Counted from the stretch's first letter, positions 39,647 through 50,756 are shown. The stretch: 64,000 nucleotides of DNA from Nitrospinales bacterium (GCA_965262115.1 OZ253496.1:2304001-2368000); one strand, 5' to 3'. Numbers and translations: made by a program. The notes: generated by a model not told the origin, from the sequence alone.

Positions 39647-40785
39647 GACAGAACATAATTCCCTTCTTTTTTTCCGGCCTGACCGGATGTCCGATTTGCG
39701 TCATCCAGTAAGTCCATGCATATCTGGCGAACTTTTTCCGTAGCGTCCCGGTTTCCTAACTGATAGCTGTTCTCTTCCATTTCCAACAATCGTTCGGGGT
39801 CTTCCATGGCACGAAGGATGGATTGGGCAATACGTTCTCCTGACAATTCATTGTCCAGCACCAATTCACCGGCATTGGCGGCATCCAGTACCTGGGCATT
39901 TTTTTCCTGATGATTGTGGGCCGCATGGGGATAAGGAATTAAGACGGATACTTTTCCGCAAGCGGTCACTTCTGCCAGAGTGGTTGCGCCAGCTCGACAG
40001 ATCACTAATGAGGCTTTACGATATTGTTCTGCAACGTCATCGATAAAGGGTCTGACATCATGGGAGAAACCACTGCCCTCATATTTACTTTTCACCATTT
40101 CATGATCGCTTTCACCGGTTTGATGGGTGATATGAATATTTTCCCGTTTGGAAACAAGAGACTCCAACGCTTCCACCATGGCAACATTAATGGAGTGCGC
40201 ACCTTGACTGCCTCCCAGGACCAGCACACGAAAGGGTCCTTGAGGATCTTTGGGAAACTCTTCCCGAGGCTGACAGAATTCATCGCGAATCATGTTGCCC
40301 GTCACTTCGACTTTATCCCTGGGGAAGAACTTTGCAGAGTCCTTGAACGAAACTGCCACCTTGTCTGCGATTTTTCCCAACCATTTATTGGTGAGGCCGG
40401 GAAAGGAGTTTTGTTCGTGGATAAGAATGGGCACTCGTAATATCCATGCAGAGAGAACCAGAGGACCTGATACATATCCGCCCACACCTACAACCAGGTC
40501 CGGCCGTTTGCTGATCAGGAAACACATGGACTGGGCCGTGCCTACCGGCAATTTGACCCATGACATCCAGCGGCTGAGGCGTTTTTTACCGAGTAAACCT
40601 GCTGAAAGAATGGTTTTCAACTCGAATCCTTCGCGCGGAAGAACTTTTGCTTCGATACCTTGTTGAGTTCCCACAAATGAAATTTCAATATTCATATCGT
40701 GCCTCATGAGAGCTTTCGCTAAAGCGATTCCTGGATAAAGGTGGCCTCCAGTACCGCCACCGGCTATGACAACTCTTTTTTGCAT
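39637..40785 (-). CDS. murG: undecaprenyl-PP-MurNAc-pentapeptide GlcNAc transferase
   Basis: GGGTGGHLYPG, HEQN, GGSQGA, RAGATT. Confidence 0.98.
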   Translation of the reverse strand: MQKRVVIAGGGTGGHLYPGIALAKALMRHDMNIEISFVGTQQGIEAKVLPREGFELKTILSAGLLGKKRLSRWMSWVKLPVGTAQSMCFLISKRPDLVVGVGGYVSGPLVLSAWILRVPILIHEQNSFPGLTNKWLGKIADKVAVSFKDSAKFFPRDKVEVTGNMIRDEFCQPREEFPKDPQGPFRVLVLGGSQGAHSINVAMVEALESLVSKRENIHITHQTGESDHEMVKSKYEGSGFSHDVRPFIDDVAEQYRKASLVICRAGATTLAEVTACGKVSVLIPYPHAAHNHQEKNAQVLDAANAGELVLDNELSGERIAQSILRAMEDPERLLEMEENSYQLGNRDATEKVRQICMDLLDDANRTSGQAGKKEGNYVLSCF

Positions 40786-40789
40786 TGAA

Positions 40790-41896
40790 TCAATGTTTTA
40801 CCGTTTGTTCCGAAATATTCAGCAGAACACCCACTGAAAGCATGGTGATTAACATTGATGACCCGCCCATGCTAATGAGAGGAAGGGTCAATCCCTTGGT
40901 TGGAAGAAGCCCCACAGCCACTCCCAAATTAATAAATGCTTGAAACCCGATCAAAAGAGTCAGACCGGTTGCCAAATGAGTTCCAAACGGATCTTTGGCC
41001 CGACAAGCGATGGCAAAACCTCTCCAGATTAAAATTGAAAACAGAAGAATAATCGCTGTAGTCCCTATAAACCCCAGTTCTTCCCCGATGACGGAAAAAA
41101 TGAAATCCGTGTGAGCTTCGGGAAGATAAAAAAGTTTTTGATGGCTGGCTCCCAACCCGGTTCCCCAGTAACCTCCCCGACCAAAAGCGTAAAAAGACTG
41201 GATGGCCTGAAACCCTGCATTTAAGGGGTCCTGCCATGGGTCGAGAAAAGCGATGATCCGCCGGGTGCGGTATCCCGCGCTCATGATTGCCGATGCGATA
41301 AAAGGAATCAGCGCAAGCACGGAAAGAAATAGAAACTTTTTTCTTAGGCCAGCGATAAAAAGCATTGTGAAAGTAACCATGCAAATAATCATGGCGGTGC
41401 CAAAATCGGGCTGGAACAGAATCGGGATAAAAAAGAAACCCAGTACAATCAGATTGGGAAGATAGCCGTAAGCGAAGCTCCTCAGCTTGTCGGCTCTTTT
41501 GACCAGAGACTTGGCGATAAAAAGAACAAGGGCAAACTTTGCCAGCTCCGAAGGTTGAAAAGAAAATCCTCCAAGGCTCAGCCATCTTCGCGCTCCACCG
41601 ACCTCCTTGCTGATTCCCGGAAACATGACCGCAAGCAAAAGCAGAAAAGTTGCTATCATGACGAGGTACGTGTGCTGGTGCAATTTGTGGTAGTCCAGGT
41701 TTTTGGTGACGAGCAGAACCCCTGTTCCCAGAAGACACCAGACAGCCTGGCGTTTGAGGAAGTAATAGGAATCGTTGTATTTTTCCATGGCATACACCGC
41801 GCTGGAACTGAAAACCATAACAATACCTATTAGAACCAGAACGGCTACGGTGATGCTCAACAGAGAGTCTGATTGTTTTGCCTGAGACGTTGCCAA
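40790..41896 (-). CDS. ftsW: SEDS protein FtsW
   Basis: GARRW, QPSELAK, LPEAHTDF, GLTLPLISMGGSS. Confidence 0.97.
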   Translation of the reverse strand: MATSQAKQSDSLLSITVAVLVLIGIVMVFSSSAVYAMEKYNDSYYFLKRQAVWCLLGTGVLLVTKNLDYHKLHQHTYLVMIATFLLLLAVMFPGISKEVGGARRWLSLGGFSFQPSELAKFALVLFIAKSLVKRADKLRSFAYGYLPNLIVLGFFFIPILFQPDFGTAMIICMVTFTMLFIAGLRKKFLFLSVLALIPFIASAIMSAGYRTRRIIAFLDPWQDPLNAGFQAIQSFYAFGRGGYWGTGLGASHQKLFYLPEAHTDFIFSVIGEELGFIGTTAIILLFSILIWRGFAIACRAKDPFGTHLATGLTLLIGFQAFINLGVAVGLLPTKGLTLPLISMGGSSMLITMLSVGVLLNISEQTVKH

Positions 41897-41902
41897 TATC
41901 CA

Positions 41903-43243
41903 TTATCCTTCCAGATTTTTAACGATGGTTTTAAAACGGTTTCCCCGATCCGCATAATCCTTAAACATGTCAAAGCTGGCACAAGCCGGGGAAAGAAGAA
42001 CTACATCGCCATCCTCTGCTTTTGCGTTGGCCAGACTCACAGCCTCTTCCAGGCTATCGCTTTCTTCATAACCGAAGGAGCCGTTGAGAATTTCTTTGAA
42101 TTTATTGCGGGTCTCCCCGATCAGAACCAGATGCTTGACTTTTTCTTTCATCAATCTCTTTAAGGGAGAAAAATCCGTGTCTTTGTCTATTCCGCCAGCG
42201 ATGAGAATGATAGGGCGGTCAAAAGTGTTCAATGATTTGCAGACAGAGCCTACGTTGGTCCCCTTGGAATCGTTGACAAAATCAACGCCGTTCAGGTTGC
42301 GGACCCATTCCAGACGATGCTCCAGGCCGATGAAGTTTTTTAAAGCCTGTTGAATAGCTTCCGGCGATAGGTTGACCAGTAAAGCGGTAGCGATGGCGGG
42401 GAGGATGTTCTCGACCTGCCATCGCATTCCTCTGGACAGCGACTCAAGGGCTATGATTTCCAGATCGCTATTTTGTAGTCGGGCAATGATCTTGTTTCCA
42501 CGCAAAAAGATTCCTTTTCCCAACTCGGTTTGAGTGCTGAAAAAAATACGTTCTGCCGGGCAGTCTTTCCCCATGTCGCGAGTATTGGGATCATCCTGAT
42601 TCAGGATCAAAAAATCGCCCTGAGCTTGATGGGCGAAGATTTTTTCCTTCAGCGCAACATAGCTTTGGAAATCTTTATGCCGGTCCATGTGATCGGGACT
42701 TATATTAAGAATGACGGAAATGACAGGGTGAAGCCCTGATGGGGCTTCCATTTGAAAACTGGAAAGCTCAAGGATTCTGTAATCGGCATCACCCTGGTCT
42801 AATAAGGAAATAAAAGGAGTTCCAAGGTTGCCTCCCGCATGCACGGTTTTTCCAGACCGTCCAAAAATCTCAGCGATCAAGCTGGTGCAGGTGGATTTGC
42901 CATTGGTTCCGGTGATGGCAATAATCGGAATAGTATTGAACCGGTTTGCCAGCTCAATTTCGCTGATGATTTCTATTCTCGCTCGGCTTGCATTTTCAAG
43001 AAACGGTGAGTGAATATCCACTCCCGGACTCAACACCACCACTTCTGTGCCGGAAGGCGGTTCAGGATTTTGGAAACGGATTTTCACATCTGCGCGCAAT
43101 TGTTTCAAAGGCTCCAATAATTGATCACGGGACTTGCTGTCTGTCACTGTGACGCGGGCTCCGTGCCGGGAAAGGAAATTAGCGACAGCGATGCCTGTTT
43201 TGCCAAGTCCGATTACAGACAAGTTTTTATTTTTAAGTTCCAT
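41903..43243 (-). CDS. murD: UDP-MurNAc-L-Ala--D-glutamate ligase
   Basis: GTNGKST, ELSSFQ, NDSKGTN, SPACASFD. Confidence 0.97.
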   Translation of the reverse strand: MELKNKNLSVIGLGKTGIAVANFLSRHGARVTVTDSKSRDQLLEPLKQLRADVKIRFQNPEPPSGTEVVVLSPGVDIHSPFLENASRARIEIISEIELANRFNTIPIIAITGTNGKSTCTSLIAEIFGRSGKTVHAGGNLGTPFISLLDQGDADYRILELSSFQMEAPSGLHPVISVILNISPDHMDRHKDFQSYVALKEKIFAHQAQGDFLILNQDDPNTRDMGKDCPAERIFFSTQTELGKGIFLRGNKIIARLQNSDLEIIALESLSRGMRWQVENILPAIATALLVNLSPEAIQQALKNFIGLEHRLEWVRNLNGVDFVNDSKGTNVGSVCKSLNTFDRPIILIAGGIDKDTDFSPLKRLMKEKVKHLVLIGETRNKFKEILNGSFGYEESDSLEEAVSLANAKAEDGDVVLLSPACASFDMFKDYADRGNRFKTIVKNLEG

Positions 43244-43245
43244 CT

Positions 43246-44331
43246 TTACCTTAGCTTCAGGGTGCTGAGACTGATCATGGCCAAAACCACGGCGACAATC
43301 CAGAACCGCACAATGACTTTGGGCTCTGACCAGCCCATCTCCTCAAAATGGTGATGAAGCGGAGCCATTTTGAAAAAACGTTTTCCACCTGTGTATTTGA
43401 AATAACCAACCTGAATGATGACGGACAGCGCTTCAATCACGAAAATTCCACCAACAAGAATCAACAGAAGTTCATGCTTGACGATCACTGCGATGGTGCC
43501 CAACACACCTCCCAGAGACAAGGACCCGACATCGCCCATAAATATTTGTGCGGGATAGGAGTTGTACCAAAGGAAACCCAGACTGGCTCCAACAACGGCT
43601 GAGCTGGCGACCGCGATTTCTCCCGCCTCTTTGATGTGTTGAATGCGCAAGTATTCCGAAAAATTAAAATGACCAGAGATATAAACGATGCCGGTATAAG
43701 TGAATGTGGCGACGATAATGGGGCCGATGGCCAATCCATCGAGACCGTCCGTCAGATTGACGGCGTTGGAGGTACCCACCATTATGAAGACAATAAAAAT
43801 CAGATAGCCAAATCCCAAGTCGTGTTGGAAACTTTTAAAGAAGGGGACCGACAAACGTGTGGCATATTCGGCACGCGCAGGATCGAAATACAGCAGATAA
43901 ACTCCAATCGCCAGGCTCAACAATATCTGGAGAAAAATCTTTTCTTTTGCGGAAATACCATCCCCTTTTCTTAATTTGATGAAATCGTCTCGGAGCCCGA
44001 TAGCTCCAAAACCAATAGCGGAAAGAATAACGACCCAGATATAGTGATTGCTTAAATCAGCCCAAAGCAAAGTGGAGCCTATGAAGGTTGCTAGAATAAG
44101 CAGCCCACCCATCGTCGGAGTTCCAGACTTGGAACTGTGATGCTGCGGACCGTCACTGCGAATCTTTTCCTGTATCTGCAATCTCTGCAAAGCGCGAATC
44201 ATCAACTTGCCTAGAATCAGGCTCAATGCCAACGCCGTGATTCCGGCATATGCAGACCGGAAGGTGATGTACTTGAAGACATTGAGTACCGAATATTCCG
44301 AGCTGAGCGGATAAAACAAGTGATAGAACAT
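43246..44331 (-). CDS. mraY: phospho-MurNAc-pentapeptide transferase
   Basis: GTPTMGG, NAVNLTDGLDGL, MAPLHHHFE. Confidence 0.98.
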   Translation of the reverse strand: MFYHLFYPLSSEYSVLNVFKYITFRSAYAGITALALSLILGKLMIRALQRLQIQEKIRSDGPQHHSSKSGTPTMGGLLILATFIGSTLLWADLSNHYIWVVILSAIGFGAIGLRDDFIKLRKGDGISAKEKIFLQILLSLAIGVYLLYFDPARAEYATRLSVPFFKSFQHDLGFGYLIFIVFIMVGTSNAVNLTDGLDGLAIGPIIVATFTYTGIVYISGHFNFSEYLRIQHIKEAGEIAVASSAVVGASLGFLWYNSYPAQIFMGDVGSLSLGGVLGTIAVIVKHELLLILVGGIFVIEALSVIIQVGYFKYTGGKRFFKMAPLHHHFEEMGWSEPKVIVRFWIVAVVLAMISLSTLKLR

Positions 44332-44333
44332 TT

Positions 44334-45737
44334 TTAATTTTTATCTGCGATAAAGATTTGTAATACTTTTTCCATTGTGGCCCCTCGTGAGCCTTTGAAC
44401 ATCACGCAATCGCCACTTACTGCTTCCTGGGTTAAAAACTCTGCCGCCTCCTGATGGTCGGTGAATTCCAGGATATGAATTTTTTCTCCTGAAAGAGTTC
44501 GAGCACTTTTTGCTGCCAGGCCTGCCAGTTTCCCGACTGCGACCAGAATATTTGTTTTAGATTCGGCTATTTCCTCTCCCAGCTTTTGATGGACGGCGAT
44601 AGACCGATCTCCCAATTCGAGCATGTCTCCGATCACGAATATCCGTCGGCCCTGAGTTTTGAAGTCATCCAGTGTTTTCAGGGCTTCGGTCATAGACCGG
44701 GGATTGGCGTTGTAAGCGTCGTTAATCAGATCAATCCCTTTGTGCCGGATTTGTTCGTTGCGCTGGGACATGCGTTGGTGATTCTCCAGTCCGCGAGTCA
44801 TGGCTTCTTCCTGGATCCCCAGCGAATAACCGGTCGCCAGCGCGGCCAACGCGTTATAAATGTTGCAGTAGCCCAGATAAGGAAGACGAACGGAAAGAGT
44901 TTTGTCGAAAAGGCTGACTTTGAATTGAAACCCAAGATTGTCCTTGCTTTCTATTTCGCTGGCCCGCACATCCGCAGGCTGATCAATGCCAAAGGTAACG
45001 GTTCTCGCACGAAGTGACCGAGCCAGTTCCAGAACCAGCGGGTCATCGGCGTTAACAATAGCCGTGCCTTCTTTTGTCAATGCCTGAAACAGCTCTCCTT
45101 TTGCGGACTGAATGTCTTTCAGACTCTTCAATTGCACCAGATGCCCTTCGGAGATATTGGTGATCACACCAATATCGGGTTGCGCGATCTCTGCCAGCTT
45201 TTTAATCTCACCTGCCGCACTCATCCCCAACTCAAGAACTCCTATTTCATGAGAGGGTTCTCTTTTTAGAAGGGTCAGGGGCAGACCGATATGGTTGTTC
45301 AGGTTGCCCTGTGTCTTCAAAGTCTTGAATTTGGTTTCCAATATAGAAGCGATCATTTCTTTAGTGGTCGATTTTCCGTTTGTTCCAGTAACGGCAACAA
45401 CCTGAAGCGGAAACCGTTTTCTCTGAAAGCCTGCTAAATCCTGCAAGGCTTTAAGCGTGTCCTGAACATGAATCACAAAAGGTTCTTCCCCGGTCTGGGC
45501 AGGATTATCCGGAAGCTTTTCCGGATTGGACAGAATGATTCCCCCAACCTTTTTATCAATCATGTCAGCCAGAAAGTCATGTCCGTCAAACCGTTCCCCT
45601 TTAATACAAATGAACAATTCCCCTTTTGAGATCGTCCGGGAATTTATGGAGACCCCCTGAAAAGGACGAGCGAGGTCTCCTTGCAAGAGTCGGCCTTCAA
45701 ATGCATTGAGGCAATCTTGTGTTTGACCTTTCATCAA
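44334..45737 (-). CDS. murF: UDP-MurNAc-tripeptide--D-Ala-D-Ala ligase
   Basis: GTNGKSTTK, NNHIGLP, DAYNANP, GDMLELG, KGSRG. Confidence 0.97.
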   Translation of the reverse strand: MMKGQTQDCLNAFEGRLLQGDLARPFQGVSINSRTISKGELFICIKGERFDGHDFLADMIDKKVGGIILSNPEKLPDNPAQTGEEPFVIHVQDTLKALQDLAGFQRKRFPLQVVAVTGTNGKSTTKEMIASILETKFKTLKTQGNLNNHIGLPLTLLKREPSHEIGVLELGMSAAGEIKKLAEIAQPDIGVITNISEGHLVQLKSLKDIQSAKGELFQALTKEGTAIVNADDPLVLELARSLRARTVTFGIDQPADVRASEIESKDNLGFQFKVSLFDKTLSVRLPYLGYCNIYNALAALATGYSLGIQEEAMTRGLENHQRMSQRNEQIRHKGIDLINDAYNANPRSMTEALKTLDDFKTQGRRIFVIGDMLELGDRSIAVHQKLGEEIAESKTNILVAVGKLAGLAAKSARTLSGEKIHILEFTDHQEAAEFLTQEAVSGDCVMFKGSRGATMEKVLQIFIADKN

Positions 45738-47296
45738 TGGCTTCGTTTCCTTAAAGCTGAACGGGCAACTTCCCGATCATCAAAGTGAATAGTTTGCGTT
45801 GCCAAAATCTGATAGTCCTCATGACCTTTTCCGGCTATGAGAACTAAATCGTTTTTGTCAGCGAGGTGGATAGCATGTTCAATAGCCTCTTTCCGATTGA
45901 TGATGGCGGCATAATCATCCCCCTTGTGGGCAGAGGAAGGAACACCTTGAAGAATGTCCCCAATGATCTGTTCGGGATCTTCTGTTCTAGGATTGTCAGA
46001 GGTGATGATAGAAAAATCGGCTTCCTTCAAAACGGCTTGTCCCATGGCTTTTCTTTTGCCCTTGTCCCTGTCGCCGCCGCAACCGAATACAACAATCAGC
46101 TTTCCTTCGGTAAATGCTTTTGCCGCAGAGATTGCATTGCAAAGTGCGTCATCGGTATGTGCGTAATCCACCAGCACGGAAATCCCCTGGCTGTTATCAA
46201 TGCTTTCAAATCGGCCGGGAATAGGCTGGATGTGGCGAAACACTTCCTGAACCTTTTCCAGGGAAACACCCTGAACCATAGCTCCCGCTGCCGCGGAGAG
46301 GAGGTTGTGAATGTTGTGCCGACCGAGGAGGTTGGAGTGGATTTCTCCAGCCCCAAAGGGAGTTTTCAAGGTAAATTGGCAACCTGATTTTGTGAGTACA
46401 ATATTTTCAGCCTTAAAATCCGCGTTACTGTCGATGCCTGTGGTGAAGGAATCTGCTTTAAATTCTCCAGCGAATTCTCGCCCTACCGAATCGTCAATAT
46501 TGAAAATTCTCTGTTGCACCCGATTATCCAGAAAAAGTTTTTTCTTGGCGTTTTTGTAGCTCTCCATATCGCCATGGAAATCCAGATGATCACGGGTCAG
46601 ATTGGTGAAAATTCCCACCTTAAATTGCATGTCATGAACACGGCTCTGGTATAGGGCGTGGGAAGAGACCTCAAGAAAACAATATTCAATTTTTTCTTCG
46701 ATCATTGCGTCCAGCATCCGATTCAAATCCAGGGATTCAGGTGTGGTGACAGGGGCAGAAAGTTTTTTATCCCCGTAATGGTAATTGATGGTTCCAATAA
46801 CTCCCGTCCGCACTTCTTTTGCCCTGAACAAAGCCTCAAGGATATAGGACGTGGTGGTTTTCCCGTTGGTACCGGTGATTCCCGTTACGGCTAAGCGCTC
46901 TGATGGGCGGCGGTAAAAACTGGCACTGACGATAGAAAGTGCTTTTCGGGAATCTTCCACGCACAAGGCTGTTACGTCACGCGACCCCAGGTCGAGCCCG
47001 CCCAGGGAATCAAGAGGGGTTTGGGTGATAAACGCTGAGGCTCCTTTGGCGATTGCATCTTTTATGAACACGCCGCCATCCCAGTTTCTCCCGGGTATGG
47101 CTACAAACAAGCTGTCCAGCCCGGATTTTCTGGAGTCGAAGACGATTTCGCGAATAGCCCGGTCCATGGTTCCCAAAATATTGGTAACCGGTAAACCCAG
47201 GATTAAGCGCGAAAGTTTTTGTTCGTTATGATCAGTCACGTTAAGGTAACCACTTTCAGGGAATACCAGCCAGTTTGTTGGACTTGTTGATCCCAT
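45734..47296 (-). CDS. murE: UDP-MurNAc-dipeptide--meso-diaminopimelate ligase
   Basis: GTNGKTT, DYAHT, DNPR (mDAP specificity), GKGHE; start placed at the TGATG overlap with ftsI. Confidence 0.96.
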   Translation of the reverse strand: MGSTSPTNWLVFPESGYLNVTDHNEQKLSRLILGLPVTNILGTMDRAIREIVFDSRKSGLDSLFVAIPGRNWDGGVFIKDAIAKGASAFITQTPLDSLGGLDLGSRDVTALCVEDSRKALSIVSASFYRRPSERLAVTGITGTNGKTTTSYILEALFRAKEVRTGVIGTINYHYGDKKLSAPVTTPESLDLNRMLDAMIEEKIEYCFLEVSSHALYQSRVHDMQFKVGIFTNLTRDHLDFHGDMESYKNAKKKLFLDNRVQQRIFNIDDSVGREFAGEFKADSFTTGIDSNADFKAENIVLTKSGCQFTLKTPFGAGEIHSNLLGRHNIHNLLSAAAGAMVQGVSLEKVQEVFRHIQPIPGRFESIDNSQGISVLVDYAHTDDALCNAISAAKAFTEGKLIVVFGCGGDRDKGKRKAMGQAVLKEADFSIITSDNPRTEDPEQIIGDILQGVPSSAHKGDDYAAIINRKEAIEHAIHLADKNDLVLIAGKGHEDYQILATQTIHFDDREVARSALRKRSH

Positions 47297-49035
47297 CAGG
47301 CTCGATCGAGAATAAAAACACGTTCTTTGCTTGACGGAACGTTTAAATAACGCAGCGCCTTTTTTGCTATTTTCTGGAATACCGGTGCGGCCACAACACT
47401 TCCCCAATGCGACCCCTTGGGGTTGTCGATCATCACCAAGATCACAATCCGTGGAGAATCTGCCGGAGCAAAACCAATAAAAGAAGAAATGAATTCTGTT
47501 TTGGAGTAGGACTGAGTCTCCATATTATATTTCTGCGCCGTCCCGGTTTTGCCCGCCACGTCAAACCCTTCCAAGTCCGCTTTTTCCCCAGTTCCGTGTT
47601 TCACCGCCGACTTGAGGATCTCAACCATTTGAAGGCTGGCTTTTTCAGAAATGACCCGCCGCACTTTTTTCGGCTTAAATTGCTCCACGATCTTCCCGTC
47701 TTTAATCAACGCCTTGGTGATATGAGGCTCCATAAGATTTCCGCCATTGGCGATTGCCGCAAGAGCGCCGACCATTTGAATGGGGGTCACGGCGATCTCG
47801 TGCCCAAAAGAAATAGAGGCGAGAGACATCCCGGTCCAATTTTTCTGGTCCTTGAGCTGGCCTGCGGATTCGCCGGGGAGTGACAGGCCGGATTTTTCAC
47901 CGAACCCGAATTTGCGGATGTACTCATAAAAAGGTTTCCTGCCAACCTGCTGGGCAATTTTGATCGCTCCGATGTTGCTGGATTTGGCAATGATGTCGCG
48001 CATGGTCAGCCAGCCAAATTTATGCTCGGAAGCCTCTCCGATATAGGCTTTCCCGATTTTAAGTTTTCCGTTTTCACAAAAGTAAATATCTTGTGGCCTG
48101 GCCAACCCTATATCGAGGGCTGTGGCGGCAACGATGGGTTTGAAAATCGATCCGGGCTCGTAAGAACTGGCGACGATATTATTTTTCCAGACTTTCCGGG
48201 AAAATGCCCCGTAGTGGTTTGGGTTGAATTGAGGGACATTAGCCATCGCATAAATTTCCCCCGTGTAAGGATCCATAACAACAGCCATCCCTGAGTCTGC
48301 ATTAAAACGTTCAACTTGTTTTTTTAAATGATATTCGGTGGTGAATTGAATGGCCTCATCCAGAGTAAGAACCATGTCATAACTTCTGGATCTGTGCAAT
48401 CCATCAAGGGTTTGAATATTTCTTCCGCGGGCATCGTGTTCTGTAACCTGCCTGATGGTGGTGCCCTTGAGCCTGGATTGATGGGCATGCTCAATACCGG
48501 CAAGGCCTTGATTGTCTATGCCGACAAACCCCAAAACACTTGCTGCAAGTTCCCGCTTTGGATAAAATCTTTTTTGTTCGGAAACGAATCCTACACCTGA
48601 AATACCGGCTTGCTTTAGCGCCGCAACCTCACCAAGACCGCTTTTCCGTTTAATCCAGACAAAATGTTTTTTGGAAGAGATCTTTTTGTAGACCTGATCC
48701 CGGTCCAGTTTCAGTGTTGCCGAAAGAACGCGGGCGGTTTTCTTTCGGTCCAGTATTTCCGAAGGGGTTGCATAAACAGATTCCACTTCGACATTTCGTG
48801 CGAGCTCGTTCAGGTTCCGGTCATAGATCACTCCGCGCCCGAATTGAGTTTCGACAGTGCCCATGTACTGCTTTTCGGATTGTGCCAGGAGGGTTTCATG
48901 CTGAACGATCTGCAGAAAAGCCAGCCGAGCGATCAAGGCGGCTCCGAACAGGAAGAGCAATACCGAGACAACCCACAGCCGGGTTTTAATCCAATCTCTA
49001 AACGTTCCAGCGACCTGTTTGTTATTTTTTGCCAT
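47296..49035 (-). CDS. ftsI: penicillin-binding protein 3 (class B transpeptidase)
   Basis: RGVIYDRN, PGSIFK, SSN, KTGT. Confidence 0.95.
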   Translation of the reverse strand: MAKNNKQVAGTFRDWIKTRLWVVSVLLFLFGAALIARLAFLQIVQHETLLAQSEKQYMGTVETQFGRGVIYDRNLNELARNVEVESVYATPSEILDRKKTARVLSATLKLDRDQVYKKISSKKHFVWIKRKSGLGEVAALKQAGISGVGFVSEQKRFYPKRELAASVLGFVGIDNQGLAGIEHAHQSRLKGTTIRQVTEHDARGRNIQTLDGLHRSRSYDMVLTLDEAIQFTTEYHLKKQVERFNADSGMAVVMDPYTGEIYAMANVPQFNPNHYGAFSRKVWKNNIVASSYEPGSIFKPIVAATALDIGLARPQDIYFCENGKLKIGKAYIGEASEHKFGWLTMRDIIAKSSNIGAIKIAQQVGRKPFYEYIRKFGFGEKSGLSLPGESAGQLKDQKNWTGMSLASISFGHEIAVTPIQMVGALAAIANGGNLMEPHITKALIKDGKIVEQFKPKKVRRVISEKASLQMVEILKSAVKHGTGEKADLEGFDVAGKTGTAQKYNMETQSYSKTEFISSFIGFAPADSPRIVILVMIDNPKGSHWGSVVAAPVFQKIAKKALRYLNVPSSKERVFILDRA

Positions 49036-49039
49036 ATTT

Positions 49040-49357
49040 TTATTTCAGGAAAATGGTGATCACTTTACCTTCATCAGATTCTTTCATTCCCACCGCGGTT
49101 TTAGCCAAAAAATGAACGCGATCCAGGGATCTCAGGCTTTCGCGTTCAAGGCTGAGCAGGTGGTTCTCTTTCAACAGTTTCCTGCGTTCTTTGGCCAGAT
49201 CCTGATACTCATAGGCCAGATTGATTTTTTTTACATTGGGCCAAACCAGGGCCAATGCTCCGAGCATGAACAGGATGGAGATCGAAATGACCATCCAGAA
49301 ATCTTTAGATGAAACATGGAGTCGGCCCTTGATAAGCCCACGAACTCCGTCAAACAT
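49040..49357 (-). CDS. ftsL: cell division protein FtsL
   Basis: TM plus coiled coil, between rsmH and ftsI. Confidence 0.85.
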   Translation of the reverse strand: MFDGVRGLIKGRLHVSSKDFWMVISISILFMLGALALVWPNVKKINLAYEYQDLAKERRKLLKENHLLSLERESLRSLDRVHFLAKTAVGMKESDEGKVITIFLK

Positions 49358-50288
49358 AAACTCTTTCGGCGACCCTCAATTTCGCGCTTATTGATCGTGG
49401 ATTTTGCGCCACCTCTTCTTCTGAAGGCACAAGGGGTTTGCGAGTCAAAACTTTTAAGGTCTGCGTTCTTCCACAAATACACATAGGTATTTTGGGTGGA
49501 CATGAGCACCCTTTTTCCTCAGATCTAAAAAATGTTTTTACGATCCTGTCCTCCAGAGAGTGAAACGAGATCACTGCAACGCGGGCTGTTGAATTGAGCA
49601 GTCCCATCATGTCGGCCAATGCCGTTTTCAGTTGTTCCAGCTCATCATTGACGGCTATTCTCAGAGCCTGAAACGTCCTTGTTGCTGGATGGATCCGTGA
49701 ATGCCGGGGCGATGACACCCCCCGCGCTACAATTCGGGAAAACTGACCGGTGGTGGTGATGGGACGCTCAGCCTGTTCCTTGCGAATTGCGCGGACGATT
49801 CGTTTTGAATAACGCTCTTCGCCAAAATTTTTAATAATGGATGCCAGTTCCGCGTCAGAAAGTTTTGCCAGAAGATCGGCGGCTGAAGTTTTCTGGGAGG
49901 AGTCCATTCGCATATCGAGCGGACCATCATGCTGTATGCTGAAGCCGCGCTCGGCTGTGTCCAACTGGGGCGAAGAAACCCCCAGATCCATCAGTAGTCC
50001 AACTACACCTGTGATCCCGTTTTCGGCTACGAGGCTTTTAAGGTTTCCCAGATTGCCGTGGGCCAGAGTTACCCTGTCGCGGAAAGGAGACAGTCTTTCG
50101 CTGGCCCGCTCTATAGCGGAGCGGTCCCGGTCGATTGCGAAAACCCGGATTTCGGGAGCTGTGTTTTTAAGGATGAATTCCGTATGGCCTCCATCCCCGA
50201 GTGTGCCATCCACGATTACACCCTCCATGTGAACATTCAGGTAATGAAGCACTTCGTTTTTCATTACCGTTTCGTGGTACGTTGGCAT
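49350..50288 (-). CDS. rsmH: 16S rRNA m4C1402 methyltransferase
   Basis: DGTLGDGGH, DLGVSSPQ, FQALRIAVN, SFHSLED. Confidence 0.98.
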   Translation of the reverse strand: MPTYHETVMKNEVLHYLNVHMEGVIVDGTLGDGGHTEFILKNTAPEIRVFAIDRDRSAIERASERLSPFRDRVTLAHGNLGNLKSLVAENGITGVVGLLMDLGVSSPQLDTAERGFSIQHDGPLDMRMDSSQKTSAADLLAKLSDAELASIIKNFGEERYSKRIVRAIRKEQAERPITTTGQFSRIVARGVSSPRHSRIHPATRTFQALRIAVNDELEQLKTALADMMGLLNSTARVAVISFHSLEDRIVKTFFRSEEKGCSCPPKIPMCICGRTQTLKVLTRKPLVPSEEEVAQNPRSISAKLRVAERVYV

Positions 50289-50335
50289 GATATTTTTGGC
50301 GACTCCCTAGATGGCTAATGTCTACGGAATGCCCT

Positions 50336-50725
50336 TTATGCTTTCTCCTGCTTGGACCATTCTTCGGGGGACCAGACTTCAAAGGTTTTGGACATTCCCA
50401 CCAGAATGGCTTCTTTGCTCAACCCTGCAATGTCTCTCTGGTTGGCAGGGAGCAAAATCTTTCCTGATTTCATTTCGCACTCAGTTGCTTTAGAATAAAA
50501 TTCGCGCAATCGGTTACGGTCGGCCTTGTCAAATGCGTTCAGGTCGCTCAGCTTGGCCTCGTTTTCGGACCATTCTTTCTGGGGAAAGACGACCAGATAA
50601 TGGTCCATCACACACACCACCAACTGTGGGCCAAACTGTTCCAGCGCACTGCGAAACTTCGCGGGTACGTTGAAACGGCCCTTGTCGTCCAGGCTGATGT
50701 TGTAGGTGCCTAAAAAATTGTTCAT
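50336..50725 (-). CDS. mraZ: transcriptional regulator MraZ
   Basis: FLG.....LDDKGR..VP; first gene of the dcw cluster. Confidence 0.93.
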   Translation of the reverse strand: MNNFLGTYNISLDDKGRFNVPAKFRSALEQFGPQLVVCVMDHYLVVFPQKEWSENEAKLSDLNAFDKADRNRLREFYSKATECEMKSGKILLPANQRDIAGLSKEAILVGMSKTFEVWSPEEWSKQEKA

Positions 50726-50756
50726 TGACTGTGTTCACCGATTCCGTGTAACTCTG

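Noticed and set aside
40929..41903. 324-aa alternative-frame ORF within ftsW
   Set aside because: Overlaps an essential gene in another frame; Arg/Ser-rich composition typical of off-frame translation.
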